Source: Hormiphora californensis
Taxonomy: Eukaryota > Animalia > Ctenophora
Assembly (NCBI GenBank): GCA_020137815.1
Contig: CM035362.1
Location: 620,001-684,000, forward strand
Direction of reading: 5' to 3'
DNA length: 64,000 nt
This document shows, piece by piece, positions 12,231 to 25,198 of this stretch. Position numbers and translations under genes: made by a program. The notes below the pieces were generated by a model. That model saw only the letters and a program-made list of their open reading frames with translations, had not been told where the DNA came from and made no database searches. Positions within the stretch are counted from its first letter, which is position 1. Every line of letters begins with the position of its first letter.

Positions 12231-15200
12231 ATGTTAACAGACGACACAACATGTACACCACCTCCTCCTGGATTTACTGCAGAGGGCATCACTTCACCGA
12301 CAAGGAAACCTGCAGTTATGACCTCCCCACCAGTCATGTCACCAGTTTTACAATCAAAAATTATCTTTGATGCGGACAGTGCTGGGACTCCCAAACTAGA
12401 GAAATCAGGAGATGAGGGGACAGCTGCACACCCAATAGGGGGCGAGACTGCTCAACTTTTTAAGATGTTGTCAATTGAAACGGACCTGAAAATTCCACCC
12501 GAAAACTGGCTCCGCGGAGAGGTCGGGGAGAGAGGTAAGAAGGCGGAGAGAGATGTATTAACGGGTGATAACTAAAAGATGTCACAAATTTAAAACAGCT
12601 GTAGAATTTTTCCCTTTTGAGATACAGCTTCGGGCCAGTTATAAATAGATTTTTCAGACAATTTTGAATCGGAATAATATGCCGGCAAAGACTAAAAAGT
12701 TCGTTTTCATTGCGATATCACATCATTTCCTTTTGCCCCACCAAAGCATTTAGTACGTGAAATTTACACACTTTTCTAGCACCTCTAGCACCTGTTCTGT
12801 TCAAGATTCAGCTTCGGGACAGTGATAGAATGATTTATCAGACAATTTTGAACGAAATTAACTTTGTTTCAAACTTCATAAATCTCAATTTCCTGATCAG
12901 AATCTTCTGTAACAAAGCGTAGTTTACAGGTAATTTGAGAAATCGCCATTTCGACGATCTCTTGAAACATTTATGACCGTGAAAACCAATTTCTTAATGA
13001 GCTAAAATGTTCAAACTTGGCAGTTATGTTGACTATAGCATGAACAACCAAACCTCCAATTATTAGAATTTTATCTCATCGGAAAAGTCATTTCTGATCA
13101 CATAGAAGTTTCAAATCTCCGTACTACATGCTTTGGTGGGATAAGATGAAATGATCAGATATCGCAATAAAAATGAACTTTTTAGGTTTTGCCGGTATAC
13201 TATTCCGATTCAAAATTGTCTGAAAAATCGTTCTATAACTGGCCCGAAGCTGTATCTCATAAGGGAAAAATTCTACAGCTGTTTTAAATTTGTGACATCT
13301 TTTAGTTATCACCCGTTAGAAGGGGGAGAGGTAAGAAGGGGAGAGAGGTAAGAATGGGGAGAGAGAGGTATTAGAAGGGGAGAGAGCTAAGAAGGGGGCC
13401 GGGGGAGAGAGGTAAGAACGGGGGAGAGAAGTAAGAACGGGGGAGAGAGGTAAAAATGGGGGATGTAAGAAGGGGAGGGGAATGGGGGAAGAGAGGTAAG
13501 AACGGGGGAGAGAGGCATTCCGTTAGTCCAGGAAAAGTGTCAGGAAAGGAAGATATGATATCATACGTTGTAACTTGTATCCTTTAGTGAATATATGTAT
13601 AATATATATTCACCAAAGGTGATATAATATAGGTGATAATATAACAAAGTACAGTCGGACCCCGATTTAGTGGCATCCTTGGGGGAAAAAAATCCTGCCA
13701 CTAAATCGGGGTGCCACTAAATCGAGGTGATCAGCCATATTTGGCCCATAAAAACCTATTTTATGCCCAAAATGCTATACTAAAACTAAAGACACCTCTA
13801 ACTGTTATATGCAATGTTCATGTATTGTTGACATGATCATTTCTGATTAGAAATAGAAAACTATAAAATAATTTTTTCAAAAAAATTGTGAAAAATTTTC
13901 TAAGTTATACCGGCCCGTCCGATTTGTGTTTCGAATCGGTGCAGCTTACTGGATATCCTGTCTAATTAGCGGGTTCGAAACGAACCGATACGTGATACCA
14001 TGCCGAATTGGGGCACCCTAAGCGGGTGAGGAAGTATCAAAATTTCAAAATAACTTTTTCTCTCAAAATTTATGGGGAGCACCGATCAAAGCATTGGCAA
14101 TCTTACTGTAAAATTTTGCAAAAAAAAAAGTTTTAAAATTTTTAAAGGTATACCAGCCACGTCCGAATCCTGTTTCGAATCGGTGCATCTTATCGCATGT
14201 CCTGCTACTAATTAGACGGTTCGGGACGAATCGAAACGTGATCCCCATCGAATCAAAATTTTGACGCTTGGTGAACTTGTGATTCAATGGCCCCATGGGG
14301 ATCACGTATCGGTTCGTTCCGAACCGTCTAATTAGCAGCAGGATATGCGATATGATTCACTGATTCGAAGAACGATTCGGACGCGGCTGGTGTTTCTTTG
14401 GAAAATTTTCAAAAAAATTTCACAAAAAATTCAAAAAAATTTTTGGGGGAAAAAAATCCTGCCACTAAATCGGGGTGCCACTAAATCGGGGGCCACTAAA
14501 TCGGGGTCCGACTGTAATACAAGATTTAATAATCGTTTACTTAAGTTTCATGCTTTCACAATCATCAGAACAATAATATATATTGTTTGTTGATTCTGTG
14601 TTATTTTAGTGCAGGAGAGTTGTCAATGGGAAATTTCTGATGCCCCTGAGCTAAGTTCCATTAGAATGGCTGCACTCAACTCCAGGAAACTTCTCACTGC
14701 TGATGTTATAGCTGACAGTAGGTGGGTTATTGGATGTCAGGCAGCGATAAGAACCTCATCTACCAGTTTTAATTCAGATTTCCGATCTTTTGGAATTGTT
14801 TTTCTATCCCATATTTTTGGATAAAAAGTCGCAAATTTACCTCAAAATAAGTATCACGTGTTTATGTCCAATCAAAGATTCAATAATGAGGGAGGTTTTC
14901 TTGTTGCTGCCATCCCCCTCCCGGTGCCCCTCCCCCTCATTTTCAAAGTCCAATCTTACCTTGCTCGGCCACACCCCTCATGTAAACAAGTTGAATGTGT
15001 TCAGGAACGTTAAGAAGCTGCTAAAGATGGAACATGGTAGAGATGAGGTATGTTGTTCAGGGTCTGTCAGCAGTGTCGCATCGTTCTTATGTTGTATTTC
15101 AATACCAAATACTTGGTAACCCTGATATGTCTGCTTTTAATGGGGTAATGATACCTGAGCCTAAGAGTTGTAGCTCATTTCATTTAGAAATGCTGTTGTA

Positions 15201-16916
15201 TGAAATGACGTGCTGATAAGTCTGTTGATTAACACCGCCTCAGACTGCACGGATAGCTATTCTCAACAATATTGTCCAATTCTGTCCACTCTCACTTTAA
15301 CCCACCACCACCTCAGGTTAATTTGGCTGTCCACAGGATAGGAAGAACTCTTTTGTTGGATGAGTTCCCTATAGAAAGGTCAGTACTAATAAACTAGTAT
15401 AGTTGTTAACTATTATAGTTGTAATAACATAATACATAATTTAGTAATTGAAGTGTCCCAGAATCTGCCTGTTTGCACCTCCTCCTCTAATAGTAGGGAG
15501 ACTAGCGTGTGTTGTAAAAAGTAAGAGCCAGATTACATAAATCCCAAATTTCACAAAACAGTGTGTCGTTTTTAATTCGTCTTCATTGACCAACTTCCCC
15601 CTCTCACCCAGCGAGATAATCGATGAACCCGGGTTTTAAATATGTAATATACCGCTATATGGTTTTTATGAAACTAATCCCCTCCTCCTCTCCCACCTAC
15701 TGCCAGGTATATACCACAGCGGCAGGAGAAGACTGGTCGGTGTAGACGGAAGAAGAAGGCAGGGAGGGCTAGTCATGTTACCACCTTGTCTAAATTCCTC
15801 TACCATACCATCCTGCACAACCAGTACCTCACACCCGCTTCTGATACAGATATTGTGGTGTGTATGATACCTCTCTCACGATATATCTCTTTTTAGAAAT
15901 GCGCTACTACTACTACAATATATCTTTTACTGCTTTAGGTCTGCCAGAGCATTGCTTGACAGTTAGTGAAGGGGTAACAAAAAATACGTGGCATCTTAAT
16001 AATACTTGTTCGACCCTCTCTCATCGCCCCGTCCCTACAAATATAAAGAAGGGTTAGAAAATAACACAACACCTGTTTCAGTCGCGGAAGAATTCATTCT
16101 GCAGTGCTGACATTTTGGTTGGAATGGGGGATCCGTTAACTAAACTGAGCATTGAACTTCCCCAGATACTGCACAACAGGTAGTTGTTGTCTCATGTATA
16201 AAATGTTGCAGTCAGTGATTGACAAGTTCGGGAGGGGCTTCCAAAAAGTAAAATAGTGCCCTAAATTTAGGGATTCGACATGTTTCACCCTATTATTATT
16301 ATACTGCCATAAGTTGCTTGAATATTAATAGTAAAAACACTAGGTATACTAGTAGAGCGTATAACCGGACCGCCTATTGGGAGTTCGAGGATATACAGAT
16401 GTTGTTAGGGAACAATCTTCCAATATTCGGAGGAGGGGAATATCCTGCTATCAGCCTCAAGTTACGAGACATGAAGGAACCTATCAATGTATTAACAGGT
16501 AATTAACTTAAAATTAGTTAATCAAATCCATTACTAACAGTAATTAATTAATTGAATCAATTAATTAATTACTATTAGACAATTTTGACCGGTGATCTAA
16601 GTTTTCACAGTGCACCGTTTTCGGTGGTCTAACCACTTAGACCACCGGTTACAGTGCACTGTGAAAACTTAGACCACTGCAAAACACTAGTAATTATAAA
16701 GTAAAATACCGTTGCAGTGGTATGTGAAAAATTAGACACTTTCTAGTCACACACACAGTATAAACATTACGTCACTACTGCTGCAGTACACGCCCTAACC
16801 CTTATCTTTTCTTCCCCTCTGCAACTATAGGTCACGTGATCGTCACGTGATGGCACCACCCCAATGAGCGTCCTGCATCTGCTTTCCCTCTCTGCCTTCG
16901 ATTCTCTCTTTCCCTA

Positions 16917-16998
<82 letters not shown>

Positions 16999-19900
16999 AT
17001 TCTCTTTCTCTCTCTCTCACTCAATCTTTATCTCGTTCACTCAGTTTGTTTCCAAAATCATCTAATAAAATTAGATGACTGCTTTTACATGCTCTATTAC
17101 ACAACAATAATGTTAAAGATTCTTTCACTTTTAGGCCTCGCAGGCTCGGCCCAAAAGTACAACTACAGAGCTCGCAGGCTCGCTCAGTAGTTACACTTAG
17201 CGTGCCTCGCAGGCTCGGCAGCTAAGTAAAAGGATCTACCTCGACCTGTCGGTCTCGGTTCATTATTGTTGTATTTAGAACACTCGGCCTTCGGCCTCGT
17301 GCACTAAATAGTAATAGACCATTTTAACCAGTCATCTAATCATATAACAGGCCATCACTACAGGTATTGATTGCTGGTTAGATAACCTGATATGTAATGT
17401 TCCTGAGTTAGCCATGTGCTGGCACCTTGATGGACTAGTGCAGGGATACGACCTCTTCAAAACTGAGGAAATACCAGAACTGTCAGATTCCAGGTAATTC
17501 AACCTGTAAAAGATTGTGTTTCCATTTTCTTATGGGATAGAGAGAAGATAGAGAGAGAGAGAGAAGAAATTTAATATATTGTTCATGTCTTGTAACTCCC
17601 TATATAGGAATAATGAATAATCCTTGTATTTTTCCACCAGATTCGATCCGGTTGTTATCAAAGACTTAGCTTCCAACGTCCTCAAGTTCCTAAAAGCCCA
17701 CTGTGTTAAAGAGGGACACACCTACTGGCTTTATAGAGCTAAAGGTATATACAGGTTACTAATATATTACGGCTTACCCAAAGCTCAAGGTACAGCAATT
17801 ATTTTATCTAACAATAATTTTAGGTGATGATATTGTGAAGCTATATGATCTCTCCTCTATCTGTGTTGGAATAAATCAGATGAACCCGTTCAGTACCCCT
17901 GTTGCTCTTCTCTGTTTTAAGGTAATGAACCCGTTCAGTACCCCTGTTGCTCTTCTCTGTTTTAAGGTAATGAACCCATTCAGTACCCCTGTTGCTCTCC
18001 TCTGTTTTAAGGTAATGAACCCGTTCAGTACCCCTGTTGCTCTTCTCTGTTTTAAGGTAATGAACCCGTTCAGTACCCCTGTTGCTCTTCTCTGTTTTAA
18101 GGTAATGAACCCATTCAGTACCCCTGTTGCTCTTCTCTGTTTTAAGGTGAGCATTTCTTTTGAATCCAGTGTGCACCCGGGGGATTATTTAGTTTTAAGT
18201 TAAGGTGAGCTCTTTCCACTCGAGTATAATGTGTGCCCCTGATCCTTGTTCAAATAATATTTGAACATTTGGTTTGGTCTGTCTCAAAAAATGACAAAAA
18301 ATATTTGTTGGAAATATTTTGGAAATGTACTTATTTTATGTTGACCCTAATAATATTATCTATATCGATCTACAGGTGGCTCAGCGTCTCTACGAAGAAG
18401 ATGTAGAAAAGGAAAGATCAACAATTTATACACTTCTACAAAACTGTCTTCAACTCATTCCCAATGGAGTGTACCCTCAGGTCGGTACCATCACGCCCCG
18501 CACGGTGAAGCAGGAGGGTTATAAGTTCTAACTTTGTTATGTTCTAACCCTTCTTTACTTTTGTGTTTCGCGGGCGGGGTGCCCGAAACACAGTCTAGCT
18601 AGGCAATTCTAACTTAGAGCATACCAAGGGTGTAGCCATGGATTTGAGAACCCCGCATAATTACTTTATTTATACAAAGAGTTGACAATGAAATAGGACC
18701 CCCCTCCCTCTGGCTCTCTCTATAAAATATATTAATTTCCCTGCAGATGGAGGCGACTGCACATTTTATGATATCTGACCTTTTTCTCTCCAGTAACTTT
18801 GAAATCAACAAGGAAAACAATGTGAAACTAAAGGCACAACCACTCTATGAGTGCCAGTAAGTTAACCAATTGCAGGTTACTATGGTAACCAATGCTAACC
18901 TCCTGGTAACCAATGGTAACCCCATGGTAACCACTGGTAATATAATAATTTGATTTAAAACAGTAAAAACACCACCATCCTAGGTTTGGTGACCTCCCTG
19001 ATGTGTTCGAGTGCTCAGTATCACGTGATCTCCTTGACAGCACGTGGGATCCACCAAACCAGCCCTTCTACCTCAGAAATATCAGTACCTCTCTACATCA
19101 ACAGAAGAAGATGGCACTTAGTCACATTGTATCAGGTACCAAATAGTAGGAAATTAAGTGTTTAACTTACGATGGTGTATCTCGATAGAGTGAGTGTTGG
19201 AAATATATCGAAAGAGACTGGCCCTGTGTCCTGTTAGTTCACTAGAATGTGTGTGTTTTCAGCTTTGGACGCTGTGTGTCACCAAAATGATAGTTGGGCT
19301 GTTAAACTCCAGAAACTGCTTCTTTTCAAGGCCTCTGTAATCTTCCTGCACGAGAGTGAGGTTTCCAAGGTAACTTATGGTAACCAATGGTAACTAATGG
19401 TAACCAAGGTAACCAATGGTAACCAATGCCGTTGCTCATGTTCAGGTTTTTATTAGTTACTACTTTTATAAATGGTTACTTGAAAGTAATAAGTAACCTC
19501 TTGACTCTGCTGCTATTGTAGTGAGAAAATGATAACCATGTTGTTCCCTCAAATATGAAATATTATTTCAGGGTCCAATAAAGATTACCAACGCTTTACT
19601 TTCCCTGGTTACCATTGATGCTTACAACGCACTTCTGTATTACAAGGGTACCTTATGTTTGAATTTGATTGTTTTTAGAAAATTTAGTATACTAGGTCGT
19701 TTTTTAGTTAAAAATTATCCCAATCCGTCTGGCCACAGTTAGCTAATAACCTCATGTATTTTAGATACAAAGTATACCCACGGTTATGGTTACCAGATTC
19801 TACGGTGTCTGGTTCTCTGCAGAGTTGCTGATCTTCTACTGAAGGAAGTCTTATCCACCAGGTGACACGTGTTGTAAAACACGAATAACAGTATGTAGTA

Positions 19901-20422
19901 GTGGGAACCATAGTAACCACTAGAGGTAACCATTAGTAACCACTAGTGGTAACCATTAGTTACCTTAAGCTGATCGGGTATTATCTGGCAATAAATGCGT
20001 GTCCCTACTCCCCATTTGTTTCTTTTTTACCTTCCTGAATATCAGTTCACACGCAAGGGGCTGAAAAGAAGAAATTTAATCCCCAACGGTTTTTCTTCAT
20101 TTCGTCTTTTGTATTGGTAATGTATTGGTACTGTACAAAATGTAAAAGGTTTATACAGTCGGACCCCAATTTACCGGTACCCCGATTTAATGGGAGGATA
20201 AAGTCGCTCCAATATAGAGAATTTATGGTATTTGACCCCGATATACCGGGCAATAGCCCGCGAGCATCCCGGTAAATCAGGGTCCGACTGTTAAATATGC
20301 CAAAACTCGCCTTTATTTCACACAGGGGTGACAAGTTGCTACCTCCCCCCCTCTCTCCTCTCTCCTCTCTCTCGAAAAGTTGCTACCTCTACGTTGAGGT
20401 AGCAACTTGTCACATGTATATC

Positions 20423-20492
<70 letters not shown>

Positions 20493-23400
20493 CTCTCCCT
20501 CTCTCTCCCCTCTCCCTCTCTCCTCTCCCTCTCCAACTAACCCCTCCCTCTCCTTAGTTCGCTCAACATACGAGACTCTCTTTGTACCTTCGACAGTATT
20601 CTCATATCTCTGAACAACTACACCCGGAGTTTCGATATCAACTGCACCAAGATCTTTAAGTGGTGCCACTTTGTCGTTCCAGATCTTAGTTTTGGGAAAC
20701 GGGCTCTCAGGTAAACTAATTAACTAACTAATTAACTAATTAAGTACATAAATAATTAGTTAAGTAATTAATGGCGGTTCTTTTGTCGTGATATAGATTG
20801 ATCATCGTACTTGGCAACTACAAAGCCCACCCATATCCCTAGCTTTCGGCTGAACTAATATACCAGGCTTTTAGTGTATCTCCAGCTATTTGTGTGGTAC
20901 ACACTTCCCTTTAACTGGTACACACTTCCCTTTAACTGGTACTGCACACTTCATCTTAATTCTATTGAGGATGCTGTAGGAGAGCAGTAGAGCACGTACA
21001 TTGTACCATCTCCCTAGTTGTTTTGTTGGTTTCCTAACAGTGCTGCTGCTTTCACTTGAAACTAACAGTGATACTGAACTCTGTGTTTCTCACATGTTGT
21101 TGGTTTACTAACGGTGATTTATGTTGTTCACAGTGCGACTCGCAGTCGACTTACTTCTTTCCCACAGTGCTACCATGGAAACGAGGGAACAGTGGATGTT
21201 GCTCTGTTTGGAGATGTACCTGGAGGCCAGTGTTTACAAAAGGGAACTTGTTATTAAGAAACTAGGTTTCGTTTATAATGAGCTGGCGAGTTACAATTTA
21301 AATCTCATCGCTCTTGAGGAAAATATCGAGGTAGGTAACCATGGTAACCATTGTGACAGGTGTAGGTGTTGGTAACCATGTCAACCATCGTGGCAGGTAT
21401 TGAGGTAACCATGGTAACCATTGTTACAGGTGTAGATAATCAATAAAATGTCTCTATATTATTTCAGGAGGGAGTAGCTAAGAAGTTGTTAAAACAGAGT
21501 TACCAACATTATAAGTCTGCTCTGGCACATTTTGTTGAGTGTGCGGATATCCACAATATAGCACTGATCTACAGCAACCTTGGAAAAGTAATGCGACTCT
21601 CAGGTTGGTCGTCGTCATGGAGATAACTATAACTTTGTAACTCTATAACTATCCAACATATAACATCTTAGTAACTCTATATGTAACTCTATAACTATCC
21701 AATTTTTTTTATGAAAGAATACATTAACATCTTAGCCGAAAGTTCATTTTTATTTACTCAAGTTTGGGGAGTCTCTCATATTTTCAATTAGTGAAAAAAC
21801 TAAAGCTGTAACTTACTCTTGGGCTAAGAATATATTCTTGATAAATGGAGACTCGCTGAATTAAGAATTTTCGATGCATTACATCACCCTCAGTTGCTAA
21901 AAGTTTTTTATATTTCTAATATATTCTAGCCACGAATGATGATTTAATACATCGAAAATTCTAGATTCAACAATATTAATCAGCGAGTCGAACAAACACA
22001 TGAACTGAGCTACTCATAACTGTATTACAGGCCAGCTCCAAGCCAAGTTCTTCTATCACAGCACTGAGGTTAGGGGAGCACTGCTGTTTGAGGAGAAGGA
22101 GTTTTATAACGAGGCTATCAACTACTACAACTGAAGCACTAGGTATAGTTACCATGGTTACCATCATGGTTACAATGGCTACCAGTGTTATCTAGGTTAC
22201 CATATGTTAACAGTTTACATTCTCAGGAACTTTAAAGAAGCCGAGTGTTCAGAAGGATATATGGTATGCTGTGTCTAATGAACTAAGTGGGGTATATTTT
22301 ACCATGGCCAATATAATGCAGGTAAGGGAGTAATAAATCCGGCAGAATACTATTTTTAGTTAGTGAATAATATAGGATTATATGGACTTCTGGAGAAAAG
22401 TTTTCACTTCTCAACACAAGTTTGACCACCCTCCCACCCTCCATTCATCACTTGATCCACTCATCCCTACACTCATCCTGCAGCTAGTACCCATGATTCT
22501 CATTCAGGAGTATAACAACTCGACTGTTAACTGTGAAGAAGTTGTAAGAGAGGTGACCAACTTATACAACAAGAGTCTTACCATCAGCCAGGTACGATAC
22601 ATGACTCTATTTTCCCCCCTTTTTCTCAATCATTTTGTCTTTTTTCTTTTTGTTCTCTTTTTATTCAATCATGATTATAATGAACTATATTTTTCTCGGT
22701 CGGTTCAAGACTAGAACTTCTAGTTTTGACAGGACTCCATTCCTAAATACCCCCCCCCCTCCCAATAACGGTGGGCGGACTCTAGTGCTAACGGACTCTT
22801 TATCTAAGTCCAAGGCGGACTCTATATCTAAAAACGGACTCTTTATCTACAGTTAGATTTTGAAAAAAGTTTAGATAAAGAGTCCTCCCTGTGTAGACTT
22901 TTTAGATAAAGAGTCCGCCCTGTGTAGAATTTTTAGATATAGAGTCCTCTAGTACATTTTGGCGCCAAATCCTCCAACCCGGACTCTATGTCTAAAATCC
23001 TAACCCAACCCAAAACCTAACCCTAACACTACCCTAACCCTAACCTCGAACCCAAATAACGGCCCTAACACTTCTAAATTAGTATAGGGGTAGAGCAAAC
23101 TCTCGTTTCCGGCCTAACGGCCGAAATCTCGAGTTCGCGGCGAAAGGCGGACTCTATATCTAATTTAGATTTATGTAGATATAGAGTCCACTTTGTTTAG
23201 ACTTTTTAGATAAAGAGTCCGCCCTGTGTAGACTTTTTAGATAAAGAGTCCTCCTAGAGTTTAGACTTATTTGGAGTCTTTATCTAAATCTAAATTTAGA
23301 TATAGAGTCCACTGTAGACTTAGAGTGTAGCACTAGAGTCCGCACACCCCCCAATAACACCCACACCATTGTGCAGGGTCTAGTAAGGGAGGGGTTTGCT

Positions 23401-24409
23401 GGTGCTACAGGACGGACTGGCTCCACTCACCACCGGCTCGCCTCCCTCTACCACCAACAGTCCCGCAACCTGGAACCTGGAGACAGGAAACGGAAGAGGC
23501 TGTACGATTTGGCAGAGGGAAACTATCGAAAAGCAATATCTTACTTCCGGACAGAAGGTAAAAAGTTCAAAAACCATCTTGCCTTGCTCCACCTTGTCTC
23601 ACAAAGGGTTTGAACAAAAACTACCTTTTATCCCATCTTTGTACCTTTTTACCGCGGCTATTCTTGTTTCTAAGTTTCCTATTTCATCTCGTATTTCTGC
23701 ATCTAATTTCACTGGGCCTCTTTCCGAGATAAAAACATATTTTAGTGGCTTTGGTCCATTTTGCAATTGCTTTATCTCTCTCTCTCTCTCTCTCTCTCTG
23801 TATAACTCTCTCCTACCTTCTCATTTAGTCCATCTCTTGTTATTGTCAAATGTGGAAATTGGATTGAACCTCCTCATGTGGGGAGAAACAAAAAACAAAT
23901 GAAATTAATCTTTCTGTGAAGATACCCCACTCAATTTGCCTCGCTCGACTCTGTCTCACCTGTTTGAACAACTCAATGCCACTCGATGTATATTTTCAGG
24001 TTTTGAACTGGAGATGTGTCAAAGTGTAATGGAGTGTGTTGGATTGCTGCAATACCTCTCCACCCAACCTCATTCTGCCCTTGCCTCCTGCCTCTCTCTC
24101 CTCACCTCCTTGCCACCCTACATCACTGCTAATCACGATCTAAGGTGTTCTCACCAAGACAATTGCACAGAACCAGCCGAGAAAAAGATGTTAAATTTGA
24201 TGAAGGAGCAGACTCTCTCTGTACTGAAAAGCATTGTCGTACAGTGTAAACAGAGTCGCGGTGTGGATGGGTTTGTGGATGGGAGAGATTCCAAAAGATT
24301 GTACGCTCTAGCCCTCCGTGGTTTTCAAGATTTTGGGACATTATCCTCTAGTCATGAGATGGTGAGGGTGGTGTGTAGTGTACTGGATAACATTACTGAC
24401 ACAACCTAA
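12231..24409 (+). CDS. EDRF1: Erythroid differentiation-related factor 1 homolog (>20 exons)
   Basis: Spliced peptides match EDRF1 in order: ETDLKIPPENWLR (exon 12231-12534), NVKKLLK, VNLAVHRIGRTLLLDE, SKFLYHTI, WEFEDIQMLLGNNLPIFGGGEYPAISLKLRD..INVLTG, IDCWLDNLICNVPELAMC, FLKAHCVKEGHTYWLYRA, IVKLYDLS, NPFSTPVALLCFKVA. Last exon ~24000-24409 ends in TAA. Confidence 0.92.
12561..13316. mobile_element. Tc1/mariner-type MITE in EDRF1 intron 1
   Basis: ~190-bp TIRs starting ACGGGTGATAACTAAAAGATG, TA on both sides. Confidence 0.85.
13319..13515 (+). repeat. ~19-bp minisatellite GGGGGAGAGAGGTAAGAA reiterating the exon-1 donor
   Basis: Same unit as 12525-12541, continuing after the MITE. Confidence 0.75.
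13652..14514. mobile_element. pogo/Tigger-like MITE, TIR CAGTCGGACCCCGATTTA
   Basis: TA|CAGTCGGACCCC...GGGGTCCGACTG|TA. Relatives at 20156-20290, ~38390-38548, ~51908-52110 and ~63170-63260. Confidence 0.85.
17070..17340. mobile_element. Non-autonomous element with ATTAGATGACTG inverted ends and a CTCGGCCTTCGGCCTCG internal hairpin (Crypton-like, tentative)
   Basis: 12-bp inverted termini, internal CTCGCAGGCTCG repeats, no clear TSD. Confidence 0.5.
17880..18150 (+). repeat. 45-bp x6 tandem repeat of an EDRF1 exon end plus splice donor
   Basis: Unit ATGAACCCGTTCAGTACCCCTGTTGCTCTTCTCTGTTTTAAG|GTA (MNPFSTPVALLCFKV). Confidence 0.95.
20156..20290. mobile_element. Short copy of the CAGTCGGACCCC MITE family
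   Basis: TA|CAGTCGGACCCCAATTTACC...GGTAAATCAGGGTCCGACTG. Confidence 0.8.
22770..23348. mobile_element. TIR element with arrayed GGACTCTTTATCTAA subterminal repeats and an internal (CCCTAA)-like tract; MULE-like
   Basis: TIR GGTG(G/T)GCGGACTCTAGTGCTA; CCCAATAAC on both flanks (~9-bp TSD). Confidence 0.75.
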
Positions 24410-24699
24410 CACTTAACAGTGACAGAGTATATGCAAGGATGACTGTAACATGCAACTGTATTAGCATCAGGATCAGGAAGACTGTAACTAAATGTCAACA
24501 ATCTGTACTGCTTCTTACCATCATGAAAAACATCCTAGAATACAGAGGTTTGGTGTCTGAAATGGAACAACTGTGTTACAAAGTAACTAATTTGTTGTTC
24601 GAACAATTGGCACACACTAGTAGTAGTAGTAAGGCACATTAAATACACACTGTCCCAAGAGGAGAGTTGTTTCTAAGAGTAGATAACTTGTCTCTCAGC

Positions 24700-24773
24700 G
24701 GCTCCATGGCTTAGTTGGTTAAAGCGCCTGTCTAGTAAACAGGAGATCCCGAGTTCGAATCTCGGTGGAGCCT
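24700..24773 (+). tRNA. tRNA-Thr(AGT)
   Basis: GGCTCCATGGCTTAGTTGGTTAAAGCGCCTGTCTAGTAAACAGGAGATCCCGAGTTCGAATCTCGGTGGAGCCT: complete cloverleaf, anticodon AGT, followed by a T-run terminator. Confidence 0.97.
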
Positions 24774-25016
24774 TTTTGTTTTTAAAATCCATCACACTAA
24801 ACTTTTATTTATAAATTCTTTTGTCAAGCAATTTTCTTATAATTTATGATTTGTTAATGTTTACTTAATCTCATTTACCCAATTGCCCAGTACCATACTG
24901 ATAGCTGCTATCTCGGCAAATGGTGCCTTACTCGACCCTGTCTCACCTTGCCAGAAATGGGTTTGAACAAAACAAGTTTTACCACACCCCGGGTTTGAAG
25001 AAAACAACGACCCCAG

Positions 25017-25194
25017 CCCTTCAGTTTTTAACCCACCGATCCCTTCAGTTTTTAACCCACCGATCCCTTCAGTTTTTAACCCACCGATCCCTTCAGTTTT
25101 TAACCCACCGATCCCTTCAGTTTTTAACCCACTGATCCCTTCAGTTTTTAACCCACCGATCCCTTCAGTTTTTAACCCACTGATCCCTTCTTAG
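25017..25194 (+). repeat. 24-bp x7 tandem repeat CCCTTCAGTTTTTAACCCACCGAT just upstream of the SERP1 ATG
   Basis: Seven units, then CCCTTCTTAG|TAGTATG. Confidence 0.95.
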
Positions 25195-25198
25195 TAGT

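Noticed and set aside
23000-23070. Interstitial telomere
   Set aside because: A short degenerate CCCTAA tract inside a TIR element.
17880-25194. 45-bp and 24-bp arrays as CRISPR
   Set aside because: Head-to-tail repeats with no unique spacers, no cas genes, eukaryotic context.
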